Assembly (NCBI GenBank): GCA_012295275.1
Contig: CM022671.1
Location: 14,942,001-15,006,000 of the forward strand
From: Chrysomallon squamiferum
Taxonomy: Eukaryota > Animalia > Mollusca
Direction of reading: 5' to 3'
DNA length: 64,000 nucleotides
Both the position numbers and the translations under genes were made by a program. The notes under the pieces were generated by a model, which was not told the DNA's origin, searched no databases, and worked only from the letters and a program-made list of their open reading frames with translations. This document shows, piece by piece, positions 1 through 14,450 of the stretch (positions are counted from its first letter, which is position 1; every line of letters starts with the position of its first letter).

Positions 1-148
1 ATTATTTATTTTTTTTTTTTATTTTTACTAAACAAAATTCCACTCTGTGTGTTAAATGCATGACCACCCACTGAATGCATTATGAAGATTTATGGCTGCA
101 CACTGCAGAAATCAGTGCAGACTCAATTATGTTTGGCCATTTAATTCA

Positions 149-665
149 GTTTGTTTTTGTCCTTTTTCAAGTTCATTTTATATGAAATAATAAATTAAGC
201 CCTTGATGCATTGTACTACTTAATAGAACTGAATATTTTTTCTGCATGACAGATTCTTTTTCAGCCTGATGGACTCTATTACAAAACTGCTTGACTGGTG
301 CACACTCCCATTATACCAGTTGAATGGTGTATATTATTTTCACTGAACAAAGAGCATAGTAATAAATAAATGTTTATTGTAGCTTGAATTTTTTTTTAAT
401 TTTTTTTTTAAATGATACAGAAACTAAAGGAAGCTTTATTGTGTTACATTTGTAAAAATGTACCAAACAAAGCAAGGTTTCTGATTTTAACAGCTTGACT
501 GTCAACGTTATGCATTTTGCAAATGTACTGTTTCTTTCAATATACATTTCTTCTTCTGGGTTTCAATTAATTAAAAAGATTTTTTATGTTTTTATTGCAT
601 GACACTTATCTGCCATATAAGTGTAAACACACATACACACAGACACACTCTTATACACACAAACA

Positions 666-707
<42 letters not shown>

Positions 708-850
708 GAAACATACTTCTACACCCAAAAAGACAAACATATACACGTTAGGCTGTTTGAAAGAAATACCTAATAACTTAGTCTACCTGAGTTAAAAATA
801 ATTTCAGTGCATAAAATCATTTACATTTTAGCTCTTCCATTTAGCTAATC

Positions 851-883
<33 letters not shown>

Positions 884-2539
884 TTCATTAAATCAAATAG
901 TAAATTCTAATTAACACATATTTTTATTTCACTACGAACATTTAACGCAAATGAATATCCAGTCTATCGTGAATTTTGTTTGTCAGACATGATTATTATA
1001 AAAGGCCAGCCAATCAATAATACAGCCACAACAGGAAATATAAATGCATTTAGGGAAATGGTTTCATTGTAGCATTGTAACATTTTTTTCATATTTATTT
1101 CCCAGTAAAGGAAATGGTGCCATTGTTATTGTAGGATTTTTTCTTTCTTTCTCTTTTCTTTTTTTGTTTATTTATTTATTTATTAATTTTTTTGCTTTTG
1201 TATTTATATTCCACTAAATTTTGGTATGATGTATAAAAATGTTTCAGGAATTACAATGCAAATAAATGTGTGACAAACAGATGACGTCTGCTTATTGGTG
1301 CCATATCAAAATATTATCATTTTGAACAAATAGTCAGGTGTTAAATATATATATATATATATATTTATAATTATCAGTAATTTAATAGAATTATTATATT
1401 GTTATTATTATTATTATTATTATCAACATCATCATTTTTTTCATTGTTATTATTCATTTATTTTTATTTTTATTTTTTATTATTATTCTTTTTTTTTTTT
1501 TTGTTAGTGCATTGATAAGCTTGGATATTGCAAAAGCAAACAAAAACAGATTAATGAAAATTTCTGGTGGCTGTGACTTATAATATGTCTAATGTTTTGT
1601 TGTCATGGTTATCAGAATCTGAAATGACATTTCTAAGTTAATCTAATTTTTATCTGCAAATAAAAAAATAATGATCATTTCAAAAATGCCATAGAAGTGC
1701 TAAAATGTAAATGATTTTATGCACTGAAATTATGTTTAACTGAGGTAGACTAAGTTATTAAGTATTTCTTTCAAACAGCCTAATGTGTATATGTTTGTCT
1801 TTGTGTGTGTACAAGTATGTATCTGTTTGTGTGTGTGTGTGTGTTTGTGTTTTTGTGTTTACGTGTATAAGTGTGCGTGTGTGTGTGTGTGTGTTTTTAC
1901 AATTATATGGCAGATAAGTGTCATGCAATAAAAAATCAAAAAATCTTTTTTAAATAATTGAAACCCAGAAGCAGAAATGTATATTGAAAGAAACAGAACA
2001 TCTGCAAAATGCATAACCACTAAATGTAGTTCATTTTATATTTATATCTATCAATCTGCCTCTTTATCTATATCAATATATCCATATATCTATATGTCTA
2101 TATCTCTATCAATATCTATCTATCTATCTATACTATACTATACACACCTTATTAATACCTTTTTTTTTTTTACACCAGAAATAAAAATTGATATATTATG
2201 GCTGCCAAGATAAAGTCATTAAATGTATATTTACTTTCCATGTTGGCAAATGACAATTATTTAGGATATATATATATATATTTTTTTATTTTAAATTTAA
2301 TATTGATTCTCTATAGAAAATTTAACCATTACAGAAACACAGCATTCATTAAGCTCTATGAATTTATGAGGGACATGTTTTTTAATGGACCCACTATAAA
2401 ATCTAAAATAGATGTCTCTGTAGTCACAGGTACATAATTTAGCCATTATGGTAACATTAATGAATTTTGTTTGTTTTTGTCCTTTCTCCAAGTTCTTTTT
2501 GTAACAAATAACAAATTAAGCCCTTGATGTATTGTACTA
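149..2539 (+). repeat. Degenerate ~70-bp direct repeat, copies at 149-218 and 2469-2539
   Basis: Both copies read gtttgtttttgtccttt...aagttc...aaataa.aaattaagcccttgatg.attgtacta. Confidence 0.75.
507..2017. repeat. Imperfect inverted repeat in a myosin intron, arms 507-840 and 1691-2017
   Basis: For example, left-arm ttattgcatgacacttatctgccatataa is the reverse complement of right-arm ttatatggcagataagtgtcatgcaataa. The arms are colinear over ~330 bp, including CA/TG tracts. Confidence 0.9.
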
Positions 2540-2594
2540 ATGAGTTTTACTGACTGAAAGGTGTTCTAAAACAAAATAATCTGTGGTGACTCAC

Positions 2595-3333
2595 ACATGC
2601 GGAGGAAGCTCGTAGAAGTTGACGTTTCTGTATGTTTCTATCCACACGTCATTGTAAATATCCAGCTCTTGATACGGGTTCACAGACACCAAAACAGGAC
2701 CAATGTAAGTCTAGGAATAATGAATTAACTGTACACTTAAACATGCTGTTTTACACATATGTTTATAAATTATAACAGTACATTTCTGTTAAATAAGATG
2801 CCTGAAACTGTTTTCAAAGGAGAAAACAGATTTTTAAAGAAGAGAATGAATGTTCAAAATGGATGCCTGGAGAAATAAAACATTACAATAGCTAATATGA
2901 TTATTTCTGTATCATTTCAAAACATATAATAAATATTCTTTATCAATAGATATTAAAAAAAAATTTGCATGGATATAGATGAAGAATTACAAAAATTGAG
3001 AAAATCACTGCTGATGATGTATCTTTGAAGATTGAATTTATTTTGCTTTATTTTATATATATGTAAAAATTCTTTATATTAAAGACCTCTTTCTTTTTGC
3101 TTTGTTTCTTTTTTTTTTTTTCCAGATCAGTCATAAACTGGGTTGATGCTTAATAGTTGCTCCCATCTAAAAATCAGTAAATATTTCACTTACAAAATAA
3201 AACTTACATATATGAGATTTTCTTTAAAGCGTTTCTTGAGATTCTTGATGAAGGCATATTGGTTTGTGTAGTCTTCCAAGAGGACAAAGTCCTGCACCCC
3301 AAAGTGATCACGTCTGTGTAGTTCCTGTTCCAT
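2595..3333 (-). CDS. MYO1C: Unconventional class I myosin (MYO1C/MYO1H, Myo61F-like), first two coding exons 3208-3333 and 2595-2710; the rest of the gene lies beyond the left edge
   Basis: Manual translation gives [42 protein letters not shown] / [38 protein letters not shown]. This matches the MYO1C N-terminus (GVQDFVLLE...[18 protein letters not shown]...PPH). Splice sites are GT-AG with consistent phase, and there are in-frame stops upstream of the ATG at 3333. Confidence 0.93.
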
Positions 3334-3830
3334 GGCTTACACTTTTCTCCTTTCACGTCATCTCTACTTCAGACCTGTTATCAACAAAACATTCATCTCT
3401 TATAGGCAGCTTCTAAAATCCAGTAACTAGTACAGTTGGTTAGGACATTTGATATAACCCACCCTGCATACAACTACATTAAATTGTTAATATGTTCAGA
3501 ACAATATATTTTTCAGAATCCAATAATTTATATTGAAAGAAGCACAGTATATAATTTAAAACTGAAAGTAAATTTAGTAAATATGTATCATTATAATAAT
3601 AATTTTAAAAAATACAGTAAATGCAATACCAATAATGCTATTAATGAACGTCAGGCCTTCAAAACAATACAAATAATCCATAAATCAATTACGATAAGTT
3701 AATTTATTTTTAATAAAAATAAAATATATAAATCTCATAAAGCATTATCAATAAAATGGTTTTTAAGAACAGAGTCACAGTGATAGCATCATTTTAATTT
3801 AGTTGTTTGTATTAAAGTGTTCACTAGTTA

Positions 3831-4137
3831 CAGTCAAATCTCTTTATAACATCCCCATATATTCCTACATACTTACTTTCAAAAACAGTAGTGGAAATCA
3901 ACTTCTCATGCAACTACTGAAAATGGTATTTTTATTTTTATATTATCAGGTTGTTGCAATTAGCTGACGACATATCAGTATTCTCAGCTGGACAAGCACT
4001 GATGTGTTTCTGACCAGCACTCAGGTCTGGTACAGGTAATAATTCACAATCTCAATAACCTCATTAAAACAGCCAAGTTATTATAACACGGGTATCTGAT
4101 GGAAACCAGTGTCAATGTTATTAAAGAGGTTTGACTG
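3831..4137. mobile_element. Tc1/mariner (pogo/Tigger-type) MITE, ~307 bp
   Basis: Terminal inverted repeats ta|CAGTCAAATCTCTTTATAACA ... TGTTATTAAAGAGGTTTGACTG|ta, with a TA target-site duplication. Confidence 0.75.
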
Positions 4138-5031
4138 TAAAGCAATTAGTAAGTAATTACACATTCTCAAATAACTGATATAGCAAATGGAATTAGTTTA
4201 TTGATTTGTGGATAGGTATTGTTTGTTTTGGAAGGTCTAGTTTTTTTTCTGGGGTGGTGGTGTTTTAGTTGCTATTTTTAGAAATATAAATTATATCCTG
4301 TTTCTTTGATCCAGAAATTTCAAAATGACATGTAAAACTGTCACTGAAATAAATGTCAACGTGTAATGAGCTTCATTATCAAAAAAAGAAAAGAAAAGAA
4401 AGAAAAACAGAATAAAATACAATAAAATACAATGCTATGTCTGTGCCTTAGATTAACAAATGGATGGACTATTTGTATTTTCACTTTCATATCTGCAATC
4501 AAAATGCATAAGTCATGTTTTAGCAGCATTTGCCACTTTAGAACATAAACCAGTCTGTATATATTTAGAAGATAATATTATAATCACATTCTTACTTGAG
4601 CAAATGAAGTACACTGTTGACATGCCAAAACCAAGTATTGAATTCCAGTCAGAAAAGGTTTGCAGAATCATATTAATTTAAAAATGTAATTGATAATGAA
4701 TTTAAAATAAAATTAAAACATGCTGAATCATATTAAATTATACAGTGTGAAATTAAATAATTTTTTTTAATGTATACTTTATTATAGTAAATTATAGTCA
4801 GTTATTTAAGTACTCAAAATCAGTTCAGAGACTCTTTTGTTAGCCATAAAATATAAATAATTATTAGTCAGATTTCCAAAAACATTAAATATAAAATTTA
4901 CTCAAAACATTTACTGACTGAATTCTCAAGTGATATATTAGAAGAATATACAAAGTAATAATTGAGCAGTGGAAAACTGAGATGAACCTCAACTGCAAGA
5001 ACATCAGTTAATATAGTAAATCAGGGATTAC

Positions 5032-5062
<31 letters not shown>

Positions 5063-7079
5063 GTAATAAAAGAAAAATATGTAATTATCCATTGCCTTTA
5101 AAAGATAAGTAATCCATCTTAAGATCATGAACATTAAATTCAGATAAACGACATAAAAAAACAAAACAATATTTACTGCTGACATTTTCTAAAGAAATGA
5201 AAAATTGATTTAAAATAGACAGTTATATGAAAAAGGAAGGTATGAAAAATACACAAGTATTTTAATTATACAATAAATAAGAGCTTTTAACTGCACAATA
5301 TTTATTTATAATAATTCTGGTATTATCAAATTTATAAATAAAATTAGCATTATTATTTTTTTAAATAATTTTTTTATTCTTCAACTTATTTTAATACTTA
5401 TTTGAAAACAGTCTTTCTCAGTAAAAGTAATAAATGATTCATAATTACAAATGGACAAAAAAAAAAAAAATAATAATAATAATAATAATAATAAACAAAA
5501 ATAAAAACTCACAGTATAGAAATCTTAAGTTCATTATACCTTTTTTTGTTGTTGTTTTTTTTGCCAAATCAATGACAACTAGAATTTAACAGATAAAAAA
5601 GTCTAAAAATAGGTTTTATCTGAAAGTGAAAATAAATCCAGACTGTATGGTAAAGGTAACATGAACAACAGAGCATTATCAACTCCTACATTATAAGACT
5701 ACAGCTAACACAAGTGGTCTGTTCTGTTGTTATCTGAAAAGTAGCCCGAGTTACACACAGTGCTCATGATTCATTCCACTGGGTGTAGTTTATATAATTA
5801 TATAAAAATATATTTTAAAATCTCTACTAAGATAATACTTCAAGAAAGATTAAAAAAATCCAGGTGTTTAATCCACACACAAATCAGACTTGTGTTTTTC
5901 ATAAAATTTAAAGGCAAATAGTTCAAGATAAATCTTCTGCAATTAAAAAATATTTTTCTATTTGAAAAAAAGAATAGGCTATGCCTTAATAATTAAAGTT
6001 TCAGAGTGATAACAGATGACAAGTTCAATTCGATTTTTTTAAAACATTTTTTTTTTTTTAAATTAAAATTAATAAAAAGGCAATTTCATTTTAAATTCTC
6101 TCTAATTTTAAACACATTCAAACTAATATTAAAATTCACACCTTATACAACTATAGCAATCTCAGGACACAATGATAAGCTGTTAAAATTTAGCTGAGGA
6201 ATATTTAATATCAGTTGTTCTTGAAGACCAGTAAATTAATGAATGAAATGAAATGACACTTGAATTAGAAGGCCTCATTAAATTATAAGACTTACAAATA
6301 TGATTACAAACTAGACATATATCTAAAATAAAAATTATGTCCTTGTCAGTTGTTTCAGTTTACAAGAAATGGCTTGGCACAGTGACATGAAATATCCACC
6401 ATATTAGCTACACAGAGCAATTCAAAGTCGAATTGATCCTGCTATCATTATAACTCACTCTGTCTCTCCAGTGACTTAGCAACACAACTAAGTTCTCACC
6501 TAACAAAATATAAAGCAGTTACAGTGTTACCTGATGTTTGAATCCATAATGAAACAAGCACTGACCCTCTATCTCTGCTCAACATCAGTTACATGCAATC
6601 AGTGAACTCGCCTGGCTCTGTTAGTATGTCAGATATTCTGATACGCTGACACGAGTAAAACAGACACACGTGTATAACTATAACAATGTAAATATGGTGT
6701 AAACTATGTTAGAACAGTCTGATATTAATGACACTGTCTTTTTGGTTCAGTGTGGTAAAAAAAAAAAAAAAAAAAAAATCTTTTGAATAATTGACACTAA
6801 ATTTTTTTTTTTCATTTGGTATCACTTGAGGTAATCAGATGTAGAGAGGCAGACCGTGTCATGCTGAGATGTTTAATAAAAGACATGTTCAGCGAGGTGC
6901 CGCCTCCTCAGTGTACAGGGAAGTTACCTGTCAAACAACTCAATAAATGTACACTAAAATAAACTGTGAGAAAACCCTGCAGTCTAAGTGACAGGGTGGT
7001 TATAGGTTTATTCACTGTGAAATAACAGTGTCACATCGTTCTCCAGAAACTTCATTTCTATAAAATAGATTTCATAAAA

Positions 7080-7083
<4 letters not shown>

Positions 7084-7118
<35 letters not shown>

Positions 7119-8299
7119 CTTCATTATCCGTTTTGACACTGAATATTGGAAGTCTGCTGGTCATCTCAAAAAAAAAAAATATGGAGGCAAAGTCTTTCAA
7201 GTAAATTTGCATTACAATACCACTTGGTGTCAGGGAGGACAATATTATTTATGATGATCAAGTTCAAGATAATTTTGAAGATGAGTACAGCATCAAACAT
7301 AACATCTGCTATGCTGCAGATATTACCTTTTTCAGATTTTTAGTATACTATGTGACAGATTCACTTATAATTTACTTATAATTGGTAATAAAAAATATTA
7401 ATCTATATAATAATTTAGTAATAAAACACAGCATTATAAACAATTTCAAATTAAGGGTGGAGCCTATAAAAAATCTTAATCCAGCTCTGAATACAAATGT
7501 ATCTGTCTGGTTGAGCATCAGTGTAAGTTTTGGTTAGTTTTGAAGATTATTAATGAATTATTTGTGTGATAAAAAAGAAGGATTATGAGTAAAGTGTTAA
7601 ATCAACACTATTTATGTTGACATAATGTGCAGGTAAGATAATGAAAAAAAAAACAAGTAGTAAAGTAGTGTAAGAGAAACAGTAAAATGTCAGCTGATAG
7701 CATCAACACAAACTTCTAACACTTTGCCCCTGTTTGTCAACAAAATGTACATGTTGCTGTACAATAAGCCATCTGAGTAGTATTAACAACAGTGAACATG
7801 GGTGTGTGTTTATCACAAATGACACAAGTTAAAAAACATGGATTAAAAACTGCTCGAAGGTGATTATCATGAAAAACACAAGCACACTTTATCATAAATT
7901 TGATGACATTTACAAACGTTAAAAACAAAAAAAAAAACAGTTATAAATTAGTTATTTTTCCTATAATTCCTTTAACAATACTCAAAAGAATAATTTTCAT
8001 TTTGGAATAATTTTTTTGTTGGGAAATGTTTTGCTTTGATGTAGAATTCTTTTGTTGTGTTTGATGGTTTTTTTTGTCTGTGTGTGTCTATGTGTTTGTG
8101 TGTGACTGTATATATGTGTATGTGTCTGTGTCTATGTCTCTAGAAATATTCATATGTTAATAAATGTAATAGTTGACAAAAACAAGTTAACATTGTAGTT
8201 TCTGTCCTTAATATTTTCTTTCTTTTTAATTTTTTTTTATTTAAACTATGTTTGAGGAAGAAAAGAAATACAAGTCCTTTTTGCAAGACAAAATTATTA

Positions 8300-8335
<36 letters not shown>

Positions 8336-10996
8336 TTAAATTATTTTTTAATTAAATTTTACAGTATCACAACTGAAGAAAAGCCTTTGTCAGTAATAAT
8401 GCATTCACACAAAATTAAACCAAAACAAATATTAATAAAACACTGAATTACAAAATATTCTGTAAAAACTTACTGACTTCTTACACTGTCTCATCAGAAT
8501 TTACTGTCAGGGCAAACAACTAAATTCATGAGATAACAACCCTTGCACAGGCTCTGACAAGCAGAAGTTTGTAAGAAACTAGTGTGAAAGTTAATTCAGA
8601 ATTAAGTGAGACTAGCAGAAACTTCACATCTTGTCTATCTGAAACTTCATATCACTTGTCTTAATTCTGTGTCATCTCAAAGCTTTGACATGCAAACAGA
8701 AACTCAGTAAAACCTGCTGGATTAACACAGATGTGATTCCTTCACAACTTGAAAATGCAATTTTATCTCACTGGAAATATGGTCTAGTATGTGTACAAAG
8801 TGAATTATACTTTTTTCACAAAACATACTTTAAAAACATCATAAAAGGCTGTTGCAGATCTATTGAAAAGTAAAATTAAACAAAATGAAATACTGATTCA
8901 ATTTATATGTCAATTCTAACATAAAAAGAAAAAGAAAAATATAGAAAGAAAAATATTAAATAAATTGGAAATAAAAAAGCAACAGTTCATAAAAAATACG
9001 ACTTATAAAAACATATTAAAGTTTAAAAAAAAAAAAAAAAAATTTTAAACAACATGAAAAATTACAAAACAAATACATAAATAACTAATCAAACAAAGAA
9101 ATATTTTAAACCAATCTGTATAATAAATATTATTTTTTTACTTACTCATAAGGATAATTTCAACACTTGTCTTGAACCTCCACTGAATTCCAAATTGTTC
9201 GAAATAGGAGATCACCACAGAATGTTGAAAAAAGAAATAAAAAGAAGCTGTTTAACTTGACAACAACTATATCCCGTACACACGGTGATAATGTCGTGTA
9301 AAGTGTGTTCATGAAATCTGGTCAAACACTAAGTAGAAATCTATAGTTTTTGAAAGGACATTTTATTTGCTTGTAATCTGTTTTGTCAGACAAATGATTG
9401 CTCGACCAACATGACAAATTAGTCGAGCACACACACACACACAGGAAAAACGGTTACACAAGAATTATTTGAGGAATCTTACTTGGTTTCTGTGCACTGA
9501 ACATTAGCCTTGTCGCAGTCAAATCCACCAATTTTTACTCGGAAACACAAATGAACCCAACCTGCATAAAAAAAAAAAAATTTCAGCTTGTGGATGTAAC
9601 CCAAATTGTTACCTTCATATGCACAAATCTATCAACAGTTTCAAAATAGTGGATGGTGGGGAGTCACTGCCCCCTTCCCCCTTATAACTGTTTTAGTGAG
9701 AGGTGTTGTAATTCAGCAGCTATTTAAGTCTAAACAACAGTCTACTGTTATCTTCTTTTATTAAAGTTTTTCACTTGAAGAATTAAATACTGAATTATTT
9801 TTTTTTTTTTTTTTTTTTTTGTAAAATTAAGTTTCATTGCCCGTTTTGACACTGAATATTGGAAGTCTGCTGGTCATCTCAAAAAAAAAAATATGGAGGC
9901 AAAGTCTTTCAAGTAAATTTGCATTACAATACCACTTGGTGTCAGGGAGGACAATATTATTTATGATGATCAAGTTCAAGATAATTTTGAAGATGAGTAC
10001 AGCATCAAACATAACATCTGCTATGCTGCAGATATTACCTTTTTCAGATTTTTAGTATACTATGTGACAGATTCACTTATAATTTACTTATAATTGGTAA
10101 TAAAAAATATTAATCTATATAATAATTTAGTAATAAAACACAGCATTATAAACAATTTCAAATTAAGGGTGGAGCCTATAAAAAATCTTAATCCAGCTCT
10201 GAATACAAATGTATCTGTCTGGTTGAGCATCAGTGTAAGTTTTGGTTAGTTTTGAAGATTATTAATGAATTATTTGTGTGATAAAAAAGAAGGATTATGA
10301 GTAAAGTGTTAAATCAACACTATTTATGTTGACATAGCTGTATGTGCAGGTAAGATAATGAAAAAACACAAGTAAAGTAGTGTAAGAGAAACAGTAAAAT
10401 GTCAGCTGATAGCATCAACACAAACTTCTAACACTTGCCCCTGTTTGTCAACAAAATGTACATGTTGCTGTACAATAAGCCATCTGAGTAGTATTAACAA
10501 CAGTGAACATGGGTGTGTGTTTATCACAAATGACACAAGTTAAAAAACATGGATTAAAAACTGCTCGAAGGTGATTATCATGAAAAACACAAGCACACTT
10601 TATCATAAATTTGATGACATTTACAAACGTTAAAAACAAAAAAAAAAACAGTTATAAATTAGTTATTTTTCCTATAATTCCTTTAACAATACTCAAAAGA
10701 ATAATTTTTTTGGGGGGGAAATGTTTTGCTACTGTAGAATTCTTGTTGTGTTTGATGGTTTTTTTTGTCTGTGTGTGTCTATGTGTTTGTGTGTGACTGT
10801 ATATATGTGTATGTGTCTGTGTCTATGTCTCTAGAAATATTCATATGTTAATAAATGTAATAGTTGACAAAAATTACAAGTTAACAAATGTAGTTTCTGT
10901 CCTTAATATTTTCTTTCTTTTTAATTTTTTTTTATTTTAAAACTATGTTTGAGGAAGAAAAGAAATACAAGTCCTTTTTGCAAGACAAAATTATTA

Positions 10997-11032
<36 letters not shown>

Positions 11033-12513
11033 TTAAATTATTTTTTAATTAAATTTTACAGTATCACAACTGAAGAAAAGCCTTTGTCAGTAATAATGCA
11101 TTCACACAAAATTAAACCAAAACAAATATTAATAAAACACTGAATTACAAAATATTCTGTAAAAACTTACTGACTTCTTACACTGTCTCATCAGAATTTA
11201 CTGTCAGGGCAAATAACTAAATTCATGAGATAACAACCCTTGCACAGGCTCTGACAAGCAGAAGTTTGTAAGAAACTAGTGTGAAAGTTAATTCAGAATT
11301 AAGTGAGACTAGCAGAAACTTCACATCTTGTCTATCTGAAACTTCATATCACTTGTCTTAATTCTGTGTCATCTCAAAGCTTTGACATGCAAACAGAAAC
11401 TCAGTAAAACCTGCTGGATTAACACAGATGTGATTCCTTCACAACTTGAAAATGCAATTTTATCTCACTGGAAATATGGTCTAGTATGTGTACAAAGTGA
11501 ATTATACTTTTTTTCACAAAACATACTTTAAAAACATCAAAAAGGCTGTTGCAAAAAAGTAAAATTAAACAAAATGAAATACTGATTCAATTTATATGTC
11601 AATTCTAACATAAAAAGAAAAAAAGAAAAATATAGAAAGAAAAAAATATTAAATAAATTGGAAAAAAAAAAGCAACAGTTCATAAAAAATAATAATATAT
11701 TAAAGCTATAAAAAAACATATTAAAGTTTAAAAAAAAAAAAAAAAAACTTGAAAAAATTAAAAACAAATACATGAAAAATTAATCAAACAAATACATAAA
11801 TAACTAATCAAAATTAAATAAATATTTTTAAAACCAATCTGTATAATAAATATTATTTTTTTACTTACTCATAAGATAATTTCAACAACTTGTCTTGAAC
11901 CTCCACTGAATTCCAAATTGTTCGAAATAGGATATCACCACAGAATGTTGAAAAAAGAAATAAAAAGAAGCTGTTTAACTTGACAACAACTATATCCCGT
12001 ACACACGGTGATAATGTCGTGTAAAGTGTGTTCATGAAATCTGGTCAAACACTAAGTAGAAATCTATAGTTTTTGAAAGGACATTTTATTTGCTTGTAAT
12101 CTGTTTTGTCAGACAAATGATTGCTCGACCAACATGACAAATTAGTCGAGCACACACACACACACAGGAAAAACGGTTACACAAGAATTATTTGAGGAAT
12201 CTTACTTGGTTTCTGTGCACTGAACATTAGCCTTGTCGCAGTCAAATCCACCAATTTTTACTCGGAAACACAAATGAACCCAACCTGCATAAAAAAAAAA
12301 AAAATTCAGCTTGTGGATGTAACCCAAATTGTTACCTTCATATGCACAAATCTATCAACAGTTTCAAAATAGTGGATGGTGGGGAGTCACTGCCCCCTTC
12401 CCCCTTATAACTGTTTTAGTGAGAGGTGTTGTAATTCAGCAGCTATTTAAGTCTAAACAACAGTCTACTGTTATCTTCTTTTATTAAAGTTTTTCACTTG
12501 AAGAATTAAATAC
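7084..12513 (+). repeat. ~2.7-kb tandem duplication, units ~7111-9790 and ~9824-12513, each preceded by a poly-T run
   Basis: The two units are near-identical along their whole length, and the ORF track repeats the same spurious ORFs (7737/10448, 8252/10949). Differences are mostly homopolymer lengths and short indels. Confidence 0.95.
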
Positions 12514-12752
12514 GATACTGAGACTACAACTATAGCTTCACTAAAACATGGCAAGATCTGTTCCTTGAGTCAGTATACATCTGTTCATTACAACATCTCA
12601 AGGACTAGTTATAGAATGTACACAAAATTTATAAATCATCTTAAAGAACACTAATAAATCCTTATACTGAAAAATGTAGTATTTTATATCACATACATTA
12701 CATATGTACATAGTGTTTGTGTGTGTGTGTCTGTGTATATATGTATATATAT

Positions 12753-12789
<37 letters not shown>

Positions 12790-14411
12790 TACATGCATAT
12801 ATACTACATACATGAATTTATTTACATTATGGGTAGGCATGGGTATGTGTTTGTGTTATGCTACCTGTGATTTTTACTGTACAGTATGAACAGAACAGGT
12901 AAGTGCACTATCAGTGTAAAGGTTAAAACAACAAAACTGAAGCATCATTCATATCAACACTCATTGAAAAACTGGCAAATGGCCTGAATACTTTTTGTTA
13001 GTTCAATATTTATGTCAAAATATTAACTTCAGCTGCTAAGCTGTTTGCAGCTAATTTTCAGAATAAAACCCCTAAATGCAAAAATAATTTACAAATGGCA
13101 AATCATATTAATTACCTCCTACTACCTATAAAATGCTTGAATCACAACAACAACTTACAGGAAGACAACAACTAAAGTAGTTTAATGTTTTCTGTTAGAA
13201 ATACAAAATAATATATTTTCTTTTATCATCATCATCATCATCATCATCATCATTATTAAGTATAACATTAATATCTTGTTATAGCATTAATATAATATTG
13301 CTTACCATTTGAAAACAGACTGGTTTAAGTGATTAGCATGTAGTAATGTTCTAAAATCTGTCACAGTTAGACTCGGACAGTGTTGACTTAAGAGGTGCAG
13401 CATGCTTGTTTGAATCATTAGCTAATACTAACACAATCTATCACTGACATTAGAAACAGAATGTCGTTGTGTGTTTAAGACTACATAATTAATTTTCCCA
13501 ATTTCCTTCCTGTTGTGCTAGAAGGCGTATCTACAGAGCCTCCCACACCTTGATGGAAAATTATGCTGGGTATCTTCTTTCATAATTAAATCTCATTTCA
13601 TCTTCATACAGGTATGAACACAATAATAACCTCAGCCTGTTTTTTTTTAAAGCATGAATCTCCTGTGAACCTAAACATAGCTTAAAATAAATGTGTCAGT
13701 GTCAATCAGTGAATGGTTTAGTTACATCATATAGATAAATTTAGAAATGGAAGCATTATATAGGCAAGTCAGTAGTTTTTTTTGGCTTCACTTAAAAAAA
13801 AAATGTTCATCATCTGATAACATATAGGACAGAATGTTCACTGATATCTTGCTACTACATAATAAAGGACAGCTTAAGAAGTAGCATTGGGTTTCATTTC
13901 TTATACAACATCAAAATTTTATCACTTTACAATGTTAAAACAGATATAAATTCAGTCAGTGTTTTAGGCTTCCAGTATGAAGAACAAACACTGATAATTC
14001 TCTTCAGTGTTACTATTCTGAGCAGGTTGCTTTATCTCAGAACAAACAAAGTAGGTCTGCTTGACATATACAAACACCAGTAGTGCCTAAACAGTTCCAC
14101 CTTTGGTCTGTCTTGACTTAAAAACAACAGGTTAATTGCAGTGCTTATGTTTTCAAACCCAGTACAGAATAAAGATATGATCCTATATGAAGTTTACAGG
14201 AGTTAAAAAAAAAAAAAAAAAAAGGCACTATAATAAGTAATCTGCTGGGGGAAAAAATGTAATAAATATAATAAAAAGTGAATTATTATTAAATTAGATA
14301 GTATATCATAGATTCAAATGCATGGAAGAAATGAGAAACATAGCTTACTATTAAAATTACTGTTACAACTCTACTGTTACTGCAATTAGTACCATAACAA
14401 CCACTATTAAA

Positions 14412-14413
<2 letters not shown>

Positions 14414-14450
<37 letters not shown>
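14414..14450 (+). repeat. (GAT)n microsatellite
   Basis: Visible directly in the sequence. Confidence 0.9.

Noticed and set aside
7146-11143. Pairs of identical short ORFs suggesting a duplicated gene
   Set aside because: They result from the tandem duplication, have non-ATG starts or low-complexity translations, and show no recognisable domain.
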